Source of the DNA: Gaiellaceae bacterium
GTDB taxonomy: Bacteria; Actinomycetota; Thermoleophilia; Gaiellales; Gaiellaceae
DNA: 44,558 bases
Direction of reading: 5' to 3'
Assembly: GCA_036490895.1 (NCBI GenBank)
Contig: DASXDB010000132.1
Coordinates: 1 to 44,558, forward strand
Shown here: piece by piece, positions 1-8,627 of the stretch
Layout of the letters: the number at the start of each line of letters is the position of its first letter
Numbering within the stretch: the stretch's first letter is position 1
Program-made: the position numbers and the translations under genes
The notes under the pieces: generated by a model
Seen by the model: the letters and a program-made list of their open reading frames with translations, nothing else
Database searches by the model: none
What the model was told of the DNA's origin: nothing

Positions 1-707
1 GTGCGCTGCGCGCAGGCAAGCACGTGTTCGTGGAGAAGCCGCTCGCGCTGACAGCAGAGGAGCTCGACCAGATCGAGGCGTTCTACGCCGAGACGGCCGA
101 CGCACCGGTGCTGATGACCGGCTTCAACCGTCGCTTCTCGCCGGCCGTGCAGACGCTTCGCAAGCGGCTCGCGGCCAGGACGGCTCCAATCGTCGCCGAC
201 TACCGCCTGAACGCGGGGTACATCCCGCTCGACCATTGGGTGCACGGGCCGGAAGGCGGAGGTCGCAACATCGGCGAGGCGTGCCACGTGTACGACGTGT
301 TCGACTCGCTCACGGGCTCGGCGGTGAAGGACGTCCGCGCGAGCGCGATCTCGCCGTCGGCCCGGCTTGCCGCGAACGACAACTTCACGGCCACGGTGAC
401 CTACGACGACGGGTCGCTGTGCACGCTCACCTATACGGCGCTCGGCGCGAAGGAGCACCCGAAGGAACGCCTCGAGGTGTACGGCGACGGCGTCGTCCTG
501 ACACTCGACGACTACCGGTCGCTGACCGCGAGCGGGAGCAAGGCACCGCTGTGGTCGTCGCGCACGATCGACAAAGGGCACCGGCAGGAGCTCGAGGCGC
601 TCGCCGAGTGCCTGCTCCGCGGCGGGCCGTGGCCGATCTCCCTCGAGGAGCAGCTGCGCGCAACACGCATCAGCTTCGACGTCGAGGCGCAGATCCGCGG
701 CGCTTGA
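1..707 (+). CDS. Gfo/Idh/MocA-family NAD(P)-dependent sugar oxidoreductase, 5' end cut by window edge (codon phase starts at nt 3)
   Basis: The frame is open from nt 3 and reads ALRAGKHVFVEKPLA, the GKHV..EKP signature of this family, followed by the C-terminal alpha/beta domain. Track ORF 24..707 begins only at an internal GTG. Stop is TGA 705-707. Confidence 0.8.
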   Translation, partial: ALRAGKHVFVEKPLALTAEELDQIEAFYAETADAPVLMTGFNRRFSPAVQTLRKRLAARTAPIVADYRLNAGYIPLDHWVHGPEGGGRNIGEACHVYDVFDSLTGSAVKDVRASAISPSARLAANDNFTATVTYDDGSLCTLTYTALGAKEHPKERLEVYGDGVVLTLDDYRSLTASGSKAPLWSSRTIDKGHRQELEALAECLLRGGPWPISLEEQLRATRISFDVEAQIRGA

Positions 708-1842
708 GCAGCGCTCGCTCGTAGAGCTCCGAGATCTGGGCTCGGAAACGCTCCGGCCCGTACAGCTCGCCGAAGCGCGTTCGCGCGGCCTGTGACATCT
801 GGGCGCGAAGTTCGGCGTGCCGGAGGACGTCGACAAGGGCGGCGGCCAGCGCGCGAGCATCCCGCGGTGGGACGACGACGCCGGTGACACCGTCGACGAC
901 GAACTCCTCTGCACCTCCGTGGGAGCCTGAGACGACTGGCACCCCCAACGCCATCGCCTGCAGCACCGTGACGGGTGCGATGTCGACCGGCGAGACGAAC
1001 CCGAGGACGGACACATCGCGAAGAAAGCCGAGGGGATCGTCGGTCGGGCCTCGAAACTCGACGGCGGTGCCGAGCGACGCAGCGTGCGAGCGGAGCCGTT
1101 CGAGGTAGGCGTAGTCCTCCGGCTCGGCCGGGCCGCCGACGACGACGAGCCGTGCGTCTGGAACCTCGTCCCGAACCAACGCGAGCGCGTCGATCAGGTA
1201 CTCGATTCCTTTCCGGGGTGCGATCCGGCCGAGAAACCCGATCGGGACGACCCCACCGTCTTCGGTGACCCCCGGAGGGCGCACGATGACCGTGTTCGGA
1301 ATCGTTTCGAGCTTGCGCGCAGCGTCGTGCCACTCGTCCTCCATGAACCGCGCGAGGACGACGACACGATCTGCGAGCGTCGCCGTGACGCGCCGATGGC
1401 CCCATGCGATCAACGGAGGAAGGCGATCCATGCGCTCGTGGACATGGACCAGCGACGGTCGGCCCGTCAGCCGGGCGGCGAGCGCTCCTCCGAGGTAGGC
1501 GGAGGAGTGGCTATGGACGACGGCGATGTCCCGGCGACGGATGAGGGCAGCAAGACGCCGCGATGCACGGGCGAGGTCGACCGCATGGCGGGCCAGCGAT
1601 GCGGCACCCGAGCCGCGCCTGACGATCAGGTGGTCCCTGCGGCCGAGGTCGACGACATCGACCGCGCCGGCCGACCGGAACCGCTCGTTGTGCGGAGACG
1701 CGCCCGGCGTGACGACCACGTGGTCCCAATCGTCGCTCGTCAACTCGACGATCGACGCGATCACGTCCTTCACGCCACTCGCACCGCCCGTCTCCGGGTC
1801 GAGCCAGTACGGGAAGACCTGCAGGACGCGCGGACGGCTCAC
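670..1842 (-). CDS. Glycosyltransferase family 4 (GT-B), 390 aa
   Basis: Lies within track ORF 670..1896. C-terminal GT4 block is VLQAMALGVPVVSGSHGGAEEFVVDGVTGVVV. Start placed at GTG 1842-1840 (VSRPRVLQVFPYW), which overlaps the upstream stop as GTGA (plus strand tcac, 1839-1842). Confidence 0.8.
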   Translation of the reverse strand: MSRPRVLQVFPYWLDPETGGASGVKDVIASIVELTSDDWDHVVVTPGASPHNERFRSAGAVDVVDLGRRDHLIVRRGSGAASLARHAVDLARASRRLAALIRRRDIAVVHSHSSAYLGGALAARLTGRPSLVHVHERMDRLPPLIAWGHRRVTATLADRVVVLARFMEDEWHDAARKLETIPNTVIVRPPGVTEDGGVVPIGFLGRIAPRKGIEYLIDALALVRDEVPDARLVVVGGPAEPEDYAYLERLRSHAASLGTAVEFRGPTDDPLGFLRDVSVLGFVSPVDIAPVTVLQAMALGVPVVSGSHGGAEEFVVDGVTGVVVPPRDARALAAALVDVLRHAELRAQMSQAARTRFGELYGPERFRAQISELYERALLKRRGSAPRRRS

Positions 1843-3002
1843 GATGTTCTCCCCGAAGTCGTCCGCACGAGCGCAGCGGCGATGCGCTCGGCGCACGCGC
1901 GCGGTGACGCACGCTCGGCGAGCGCCCGCACTCCGGGCCGAAGGCGCACGAGCGATTCCGGATCCGTCGCGACCCGATCGAAGATCCGGGCCAGGGCGTC
2001 GACGTCTCCCGCCGGAAACACCAAGCCGTCGACCTCGTCCTCGATCTGGTCGCGCACCGCGGCCGCTCGGTCACTTCCGATCGTCGGCAGGCCCGCAGCT
2101 GCCGCCTCGTTGACGACGACGCCCCAGACCTCCCAGTTCGACGGGAACACGAGGGCGGTGCTCGAGTGGTAGAGCCGGCGGAGGGCCGTCATCTGCTGCG
2201 GCCCGAGCAGCGAGACGTTCGCGGGCGCGAGGCGTCCGACAGCCGCACGCTCCGGCCCGTCGCCGGCGACGACGAGCCGCCCGACGGACGCGAGCTGCGA
2301 GCGGCGGAACGCCTCGACCGCAACCCGTATGCCCTTGATCTCGATCAGCCGTCCGACGAAGAGCACGGTCGGCACAGTCGGGTCGGTTACGTCTGCGGGC
2401 CGTTCGGACCAGAAGTCGTTGTCGACGGCGTTCGGAGCGATGTGAATGGATTCCGGCGCCGCGCCGAGCGCTTTCAGGTAGCGCGCCCCCGACACGCCGG
2501 GAGTCACGAACCCGTCCGCGCGTTGGACGACCGCGCGCTTGACCGCGTTCCGCGCGGGACGCGAGTCGAGCGGCTTGTCGAACAGCGGCGTCTCCGACCA
2601 GAACACGAAACGCGCGCCGCTGCGACGCGCGTACAGGAGAGCCTGATAGCACTCGAGGTGGTTCCAGCCGCCGACGACCACGGTGTCGAACCGTTCGCGC
2701 CTGAGACGAGGCAGCAGCGGCCGTGACAGGTACAGCGGCAACCGGTCCCCCCGGTACGGCAGGCTGGCCTGCAGCCCGCCGAGCACGGTGTGCTCGAACT
2801 CGATCGCGTCCCGCATGACGGGCCAGTCCCCGCGTCTCCGTTCGGACTCGGCGATGAAGTACACGTGGAGCCTGCCTTCGAGCAGCCGGGCGAGCTCGTT
2901 GAAGACCGGGATCCGATACGGAGCGACGATCTCGGTGACGACGGCGACGGACGGCCGGTCCGACCGCGTGGCTATACTCGCGCCGCCCTTGGACCGAGGC
3001 AC
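1839..3002 (-). CDS. Glycosyltransferase family 4 (GT-B), about 387 aa; start uncertain
   Basis: C-terminal part of track ORF 1839..3302. Typical GT4 N-terminus VAVVTEIVAPYRIPVFNELA and block VVNEAAAAGLPTIGSDRAAAVRDQIEDEVDGLVF. The only canonical in-frame start upstream of the conserved N-terminus is GTG 3002-3000. The remaining 100 codons of the track ORF are antisense to the epimerase gene. Confidence 0.7.
   Translation of the reverse strand: MPRSKGGASIATRSDRPSVAVVTEIVAPYRIPVFNELARLLEGRLHVYFIAESERRRGDWPVMRDAIEFEHTVLGGLQASLPYRGDRLPLYLSRPLLPRLRRERFDTVVVGGWNHLECYQALLYARRSGARFVFWSETPLFDKPLDSRPARNAVKRAVVQRADGFVTPGVSGARYLKALGAAPESIHIAPNAVDNDFWSERPADVTDPTVPTVLFVGRLIEIKGIRVAVEAFRRSQLASVGRLVVAGDGPERAAVGRLAPANVSLLGPQQMTALRRLYHSSTALVFPSNWEVWGVVVNEAAAAGLPTIGSDRAAAVRDQIEDEVDGLVFPAGDVDALARIFDRVATDPESLVRLRPGVRALAERASPRACAERIAAALVRTTSGRTS
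2973..2978 (+). promoter_or_regulatory. Candidate -10 hexamer TATACT for the plus-strand operon starting at 3009
   Basis: This is the only AT-rich hexamer in the region, 30 nt upstream of ATG 3009. A GAGG (2995-2998) lies about 10 nt before the ATG. There is no convincing -35. It lies inside the 5' coding end of the divergent GT4 gene. Confidence 0.25.
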
Positions 3003-3008
3003 CGGCTC

Positions 3009-4001
3009 ATGAGCACGCCTCCCTATCACACGCTCGACGGTAGCCGTGTACTCGTCATCGGCGGCGCGGGCTTCATCGGATCGCACATCGTCGACCGACT
3101 CGTACGCGAGCCGGTGAAGGAGATCGTCGTCCTCGACGATCTCGTCCGCGGCACGCGCGAGAACCTCGCTGCCGCGCTGGAGGATCCGCGCGTGTCGCTC
3201 ATCGAGGGATCGATCGCGGACACGAAGCTCCTCGCAGACGTCATGAACGGAACAGACTACGTCTTCCACCTCGCCGCACTTTGGCTCTATGAATGTGTTC
3301 ACGAGCCGCGCCGCGCGATCGAGATCAACATCGTCGGTACGTGGAATGTGATCGAGGCGGCCCTGGCGGCAAAGGTCAAGAAGCTCCTCTACTCATCGTC
3401 GGCGTCCGTGTACGGGGACGCCGTGTTCACGCCGATGACCGAGGACCATCCGTTCAACAACAGGACGCTGTACGGCGCGACGAAGATCGCGGGCGAGCAG
3501 TTCCTGCGCGCCATGAACGAGCAGCACGGCCTCGACTACGTCGGGTTCCGCTACATGAACGTGTACGGCCCGCGGATGGATTATCTGGGCACCTACGTCA
3601 GCGTGATCATGAAAGTGCTCGATCGGATCGATGCAGGCGAGCCACCTGTCGTATTCGGTGACGGAAGCCAGGCGTACGACTTCGTTCACGTCGACGACGT
3701 GGCGCGCGCCAACATCCTTGCGCTCACGAGCTCGGCGAGCGATGCGTCCTACAACGTCGGCACCGGCGTCAAGACGACGATCAACGAGCTCACCCGCCGG
3801 CTGCTCGACCTGACCGGATCCGACCTCGAGATCGAGTACCGGCCGCAAGAGCAGATGTTCGTGACACACCGCATCGGCTCGACCGAGAACGCGAGCCGCG
3901 ACCTCGGCTTCGACGCGGAGATCACTCTGGACGAAGGCTTGGCCTCGGTGATCGAGTGGCGCCGGGCCAACGAGAGTGTCCGGACGTCGTCCGGCTCGTG
4001 A
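3009..4001 (+). CDS. NAD-dependent extended-SDR epimerase, WbpP/WbgU-like UDP-HexNAc 4-epimerase family, 330 aa
   Basis: ATG 3009 gives MSTPPYHTLDGSRVLVIGGAGFIGSHIV (GxxGxxG). Also has SSSASVYG and YGATK (YxxxK). The block FRYMNVYGPRMDYLGTYVSVI...VVFGDGSQAYDFVHVDDVARANILAL resembles WbgU/WbpP. Confidence 0.75.
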   Translation: MSTPPYHTLDGSRVLVIGGAGFIGSHIVDRLVREPVKEIVVLDDLVRGTRENLAAALEDPRVSLIEGSIADTKLLADVMNGTDYVFHLAALWLYECVHEPRRAIEINIVGTWNVIEAALAAKVKKLLYSSSASVYGDAVFTPMTEDHPFNNRTLYGATKIAGEQFLRAMNEQHGLDYVGFRYMNVYGPRMDYLGTYVSVIMKVLDRIDAGEPPVVFGDGSQAYDFVHVDDVARANILALTSSASDASYNVGTGVKTTINELTRRLLDLTGSDLEIEYRPQEQMFVTHRIGSTENASRDLGFDAEITLDEGLASVIEWRRANESVRTSSGS

Positions 4002-5167
4002 GCATTCCGATCACGAGACCGTTCTTCGGCGACGAAGAGTTGGAAGCCGTTCAGCGTCCGCTCTTGTCCGAGTGGGTCGTGCAAGGCCCTGAGGTCGCAG
4101 AGTTCGAGCGCCTGTTCGCGGAGCACGTTCGAGCGCCCCACGCAGCCGCCACGAGCTCGTGCACCACAGCGCTGCACATCGCGGTCGCCGCGCTCGGGCT
4201 CGAAGCCGGCGACGCGGTGGCGGTTCCCGCGTTCACCTGGATCTCGACCGCGAACGTCGTCGAGTACCTCGGCGCGCGCCCAGTGTTCGTCGACATCGAG
4301 CTGGACACCTTCAACGTCGCACCGGACGCGATGGCCGCGGCGATCGGAGCCGACACCGTCGGTCTCGTTCCGGTGCACCTGTTCGGCCTCTGCGCGGAGA
4401 TGGAGCCGATCACGGACGCAGCTCGCAGACACGACCTGTGGGTCGTCGAAGACGCTGCCTGCGCGTTCGGCAGCTGGATCGGAGAGCGAAGCGCCGGCAC
4501 GTTCGGCGACGTGGGAGCATTCAGCTTCCATCCGCGCAAGTCGATCACGACCGGCGAGGGAGGCATGCTCACGACCGCGAACGCCGAGCTGGACGGCCTC
4601 TTTCGCTCGTTGCGCGACCACGGCGCGACGCGATCCGATCACGATCGCCACGGCTCGACCGGGGCGTTTCTCCTCTCCGAGTATCCCCACCTCGGCTTCA
4701 ACTTTCGGCTGACCGACATCCAGGCCGCTCTCGGAGTCGCCCAGATGCAGCGGGCCGATTGGATCCTCGGCGAGCGCCGACGTCGCGCGGCGCGCTACGA
4801 CGAGCTTCTCCGCGACGTCCAGTGGTTCCGGCCGCAAACGACTCCACCCGGTTACGTCCACGGGTATCAGGCGTACGTCGGGCTGTTTGCCCCGGACGAG
4901 CCGTCGCTCGCGAACGTGGCTGCGCTGCACGAGCGGCGAAACCGGGTCATGGCGAACCTCGAGCACCAGGGGATCGCGACGCGGCAGGGAACCCACGCGG
5001 CGTTTTCCCAGCGCTACTACGCAGAGAAGTACGGACTGCGGCCCGAGCACTTCCCGAACGCCTACCTCGCCGATCGCCTCAGCCTTGCGCTGCCGCTCTT
5101 CCCGCAGATGACCGACGACGACCAGGAGCGAGTCGTGCGGGCGCTGCGTGAGGCGATCGATGCGTGA
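3998..5167 (+). CDS. DegT/DnrJ/EryC1/StrS-family PLP sugar aminotransferase, 389 aa
   Basis: GTG 3998 overlaps the previous stop (GTGA 3998-4001). N-terminus is VSIPITRPFFGDEELEAV. PLP-lysine block is FSFHPRKSITTGEGG. Confidence 0.85.
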   Translation: MSIPITRPFFGDEELEAVQRPLLSEWVVQGPEVAEFERLFAEHVRAPHAAATSSCTTALHIAVAALGLEAGDAVAVPAFTWISTANVVEYLGARPVFVDIELDTFNVAPDAMAAAIGADTVGLVPVHLFGLCAEMEPITDAARRHDLWVVEDAACAFGSWIGERSAGTFGDVGAFSFHPRKSITTGEGGMLTTANAELDGLFRSLRDHGATRSDHDRHGSTGAFLLSEYPHLGFNFRLTDIQAALGVAQMQRADWILGERRRRAARYDELLRDVQWFRPQTTPPGYVHGYQAYVGLFAPDEPSLANVAALHERRNRVMANLEHQGIATRQGTHAAFSQRYYAEKYGLRPEHFPNAYLADRLSLALPLFPQMTDDDQERVVRALREAIDA

Positions 5168-6176
5168 GGAGCTGCTCGAGCTACTCGTCGACCCGGAGAC
5201 GAAGCAACCGCTTCGTCTCGAGGGCGACCGGCTCGTCGGCGGCAGCCGGCCCTACCCCGTCGTCAACGGCATCCCGCGAATCAGCTGGCGGGCGAGCGAC
5301 GACCAGCGCCAGACGGAGGAGAGCTTCGGCTTCAAGTGGCAACAGACCGCGACCTACGGATCCCAGGGGATGATGGAGTTCGCGGGCGCGTGGCTCGCGG
5401 AACGGTACGGCTTCGAATCGGTTGCCGAGATGCGTGCGTGGTTCGGGTCTCGCAAACGGATCCTCGACGCGGGCTGCGGCAGCGGCTACAGCGCAGCAGC
5501 GCTGCTCGAGCCAGGCTCCCACCGCGAGATGTGGGTCGGAGCAGACATCTCGACGGCGATCGACATTGCGCAGGGGCGGCTCGGCGAGATCGACGGGACG
5601 CACTTCGTCCAAGCCGACGTCATGCACCTGCCGTTCGCGAACGAGACGTTCGACACCGTCTTCTCCGAGGGAGTCCTGCACCACACCCCGGACACGCGCG
5701 CTGCGCTTCTTGCGCTCGTGCCCCTCCTCGCACCGGGCGGCGAGCTCTTGGCGTACGTCTACCGCCGCAAGGCGCCTGCGCGGGAGTTCGTCGACGACCA
5801 TGTCCGCTCCCTCGTGTCGACCCTGCCGCCCGAGGAGGCCTGGGAGGCGCTCCGTCCCCTGACGCGCCTCGGGCAGGCGCTCGCGGAGCTCGACGCCGAG
5901 GTCGATGTCCCGGAAGACGTCCTGGTCCTCGGGATCCCGGCGGGCCGCTACTCGGTGCAGCGCCTCGTCTACTGGCACTTTGCCAAGCTCTTCTGGAACG
6001 AATCGATGACGTTCGAGGAGAACCACCACGTGAACTTCGACTGGTACCACCCGCGCTACGCGCACCGGCATACGCCCGAAGAGGTCGACGCGTGGTGCGC
6101 GGAAGCCGGGCTGCATGTCGTGGTTCGAACGCTCCAGCCGAGCGGGATCACGATCAGGGCGGTCAAGGACCCGTGA
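5160..6176 (+). CDS. Class I SAM-dependent methyltransferase with N-terminal Trm112-like segment, 338 aa
   Basis: Start is ATG 5160 (alternative GTG 5148), overlapping the previous stop by 8 nt. The Cys-less Trm112-like segment is LLELLVDPETKQPLRLEGDRLV...YPVVNGIPRI. SAM motif I is ILDAGCGSGY, followed by FDTVFSEGVLHHTPD. Confidence 0.8.
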   Translation: MREELLELLVDPETKQPLRLEGDRLVGGSRPYPVVNGIPRISWRASDDQRQTEESFGFKWQQTATYGSQGMMEFAGAWLAERYGFESVAEMRAWFGSRKRILDAGCGSGYSAAALLEPGSHREMWVGADISTAIDIAQGRLGEIDGTHFVQADVMHLPFANETFDTVFSEGVLHHTPDTRAALLALVPLLAPGGELLAYVYRRKAPAREFVDDHVRSLVSTLPPEEAWEALRPLTRLGQALAELDAEVDVPEDVLVLGIPAGRYSVQRLVYWHFAKLFWNESMTFEENHHVNFDWYHPRYAHRHTPEEVDAWCAEAGLHVVVRTLQPSGITIRAVKDP

Positions 6177-6180
6177 GTCG

Positions 6181-8088
6181 ATGTGCGGGATCGCCGGCTT
6201 CCTGAACCTCGACGGCGCGCCGGCCGACGAGGCACTCGTCGTCCGCATGGCGGATCGCATCGCGCACCGAGGGCCGGACGCGTTCGGCTCGCACGTCGCG
6301 GGCGAGCTGGCCTTCGGACACCGGCGGCTTCGCGTCGTCGATCTCTCCGAGCGCGCCGCGCAGCCGCTCGCGAACGAGAACGGCGACGTCGTCGTCAACT
6401 ACAACGGCGAGATCTACGACTTCGCGGCCCACCGCCGCGAGCTCGAGAGCCTGGGCCACGTGTTCCGGTCGGACAGCGATACGGAAGTCCTCGTCCACGG
6501 CTATGAGGAATGGGGACGCCAGATCGTCGACCGCCTGAACGGCATGTACGCATTCGCCCTGTGGGACGACTCGCGGCGCCGCCTCGTGCTCGCACGCGAC
6601 CGCTACGGCGTCAAGCCGCTGTACTGGTTCTGCGACGGCACAGTGCTCGCATTCGCGTCGGAGGTAAAGGCCCTCCTGGTACACCCGAGGATCCGGCCGG
6701 CGTTGTGCGCAGACGCTCTCGACGAGTACCTCACGTTTCAGAACGTCCTCAGCGATCTGACGCTGTTCGAGGGCGTCCGGCTCATGCCGCCCGGCCACAC
6801 GTTGACGGTCGAGGCCGGAGGCGCGCCTCGGCTCGAGTCGTTCTGGGACTTCACAGCGACAGTCGACGAGTCCTTGCACGGTGCCGCCGCCGCCGACGCT
6901 GTGTACGAATCGTTCCAGCGCGGGGTGCAGCGTCAACTCGTAGCCGACGTCCCGATCGGCAGCTATCTGAGCGGGGGGATGGACTCGGGCTCGATCACCG
7001 CGGTCGCGGCCATGCACCTGCCACGCCTGAACACGTTCACGGGCGGCTTCGATCTGTCGTCTGCCTCCGGCCTCGAGCTCGGCTTCGACGAGCGCGAGCA
7101 GGCCGAAGCGCTCGCGAACGCGTTCCGGACCGAGCACTACGAAGCAGTGATGCACGCGGGCCACATGGAGTGGGTGCTACCGCAGCTCACGTGGCACATC
7201 GAGGACCTCAGGGTCGGGCAGTCCTATCCGAACTACTACATCGCCCGCCTTGCGAGCCGCTTCGTGACGGTCGCCCTTTCGGGAACCGGCGGTGACGAGC
7301 TCTTCGGGGGATATCCCTGGCGATACGCGCACGCCGTCGCGCCTCGCGACCGCGAGGAGTACCTGCGCTCGTACTACGCGCTGTGGCAGCGGCTCGTCCC
7401 CGACGACGAGAAGGGTGCGTTGTTTCGACCCGAGATACGGCAGAGCCTTTCCGGACGCACGACCTTCGACGTATTCCGCGGCGTCTACGACGCCTGGGAC
7501 GGCGACTACGACTCGGTCGACGGCCGAGTTGCCGCATCGCTCTACTTCGAGCTCAAGACGTTTCTGCACGGACTCCTGCTCGTCGAGGACAAGATCTCGA
7601 TGGCGCACTCGCTCGAGACGCGCGTCCCGTTCTTGGACGACGACCTCGCAGCGCTCGCGCTCCGCCTCCCGGTGGCCGAGAAGCTCAGCGAGCTCCGGGA
7701 GCTCGGAGTCGACGAGAATGTCGCCGGGTTCCGCCAGTCGACGGGCCTGGGAGAACGCGAAGGGAAGGTCGTGCTCCGGAACGCGATGACGCGCCTGATG
7801 CCGCAAGCCGTGGTCGAGCGGCGCAAGCAAGGGTTTTCTGCTCCCGACGCGAGTTGGTTTCGCGGGCAGAGCATCACGTACATCGACCGGCTCTTCGGGG
7901 GCGACGCCCGGCTCTTCGAGGTTCTCGAGCGCCGTTACGTCGAACGGGTGCTCACGGAGCATCGCAGCGGACAGCGGAACAGGCGGCTCCTCATCTGGTC
8001 TCTGCTCTCGCTCGAGTGGTGGCTCCGGATCTTCCTCGACGGGGTCGACCCGCCCGAAGAAATCGAGTCGCTGCGGAGTGTCGCGTGA
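6181..8088 (+). CDS. Asparagine synthase B-family glutamine amidotransferase (copy 1), 635 aa
   Basis: ATG 6181 gives MCGIAGF, with the Ntn Cys2 nucleophile. PP-loop is SYLSGGMDSGSI. The length and C-terminal synthetase domain are typical of AsnB/WbpS-like enzymes. Confidence 0.85.
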   Translation: MCGIAGFLNLDGAPADEALVVRMADRIAHRGPDAFGSHVAGELAFGHRRLRVVDLSERAAQPLANENGDVVVNYNGEIYDFAAHRRELESLGHVFRSDSDTEVLVHGYEEWGRQIVDRLNGMYAFALWDDSRRRLVLARDRYGVKPLYWFCDGTVLAFASEVKALLVHPRIRPALCADALDEYLTFQNVLSDLTLFEGVRLMPPGHTLTVEAGGAPRLESFWDFTATVDESLHGAAAADAVYESFQRGVQRQLVADVPIGSYLSGGMDSGSITAVAAMHLPRLNTFTGGFDLSSASGLELGFDEREQAEALANAFRTEHYEAVMHAGHMEWVLPQLTWHIEDLRVGQSYPNYYIARLASRFVTVALSGTGGDELFGGYPWRYAHAVAPRDREEYLRSYYALWQRLVPDDEKGALFRPEIRQSLSGRTTFDVFRGVYDAWDGDYDSVDGRVAASLYFELKTFLHGLLLVEDKISMAHSLETRVPFLDDDLAALALRLPVAEKLSELRELGVDENVAGFRQSTGLGEREGKVVLRNAMTRLMPQAVVERRKQGFSAPDASWFRGQSITYIDRLFGGDARLFEVLERRYVERVLTEHRSGQRNRRLLIWSLLSLEWWLRIFLDGVDPPEEIESLRSVA

Positions 8089-8627
8089 CGGCCGACGAGC
8101 TCCGTGCCCTGACCGCACAGCTTGCAGCGGCCATGCGCGAGCGATGGGGCCGTGATCTCCCGCTCGACGAGCTCGTGTCCGACCGGTGGGAGCGCGCGCA
8201 GTCGCTGGGCTTCGGCGAGGGCGCGAGCATCTACGCGTCGAGCTACGTCTACGGCGACGTCGTCGTCGGCCGCAACACGTGGATCGGGCCGTTCACGCTG
8301 CTCGACGGCACGGGCGGCCTGACGATCGGCGAGAACTGCAGCATCAGCGCCGGCGTCCAGATCTACACCCACGACTCCGTCAACTGGGCGCTGACCGGGG
8401 GCACGGCGCAGTACGAGCAGGCGCCGGTTCGGATCGGCGACCATTGCTACATCGGCCCGCAGACGGTGATCTCGCGGGGCGTGTCGATCGGCGACCGCTG
8501 CCTCGTCGGCGCGTGCTCGCTCGTCAACCACACCCTCCCTGAAGGCTCGATCGCGTTCGGCGCTCCCGCGCGCGTCCGGGGCCGCGTCGACGTGGACGGC
8601 CCCAACGTCGAGCTCCGCTTCGGCTAG
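8085..8627 (+). CDS. Left-handed beta-helix (hexapeptide-repeat) acyl/acetyltransferase, 180 aa
   Basis: GTG 8085 overlaps the previous stop (GTGA 8085-8088). Hexapeptide repeats include VVVGRNTWIGPFTLLDGTGGLTIGENCSISAGVQIY...VRIGDHCYIGPQTVISRGVSIGDRCLVGACSLV. Confidence 0.8.
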   Translation: MTADELRALTAQLAAAMRERWGRDLPLDELVSDRWERAQSLGFGEGASIYASSYVYGDVVVGRNTWIGPFTLLDGTGGLTIGENCSISAGVQIYTHDSVNWALTGGTAQYEQAPVRIGDHCYIGPQTVISRGVSIGDRCLVGACSLVNHTLPEGSIAFGAPARVRGRVDVDGPNVELRFG

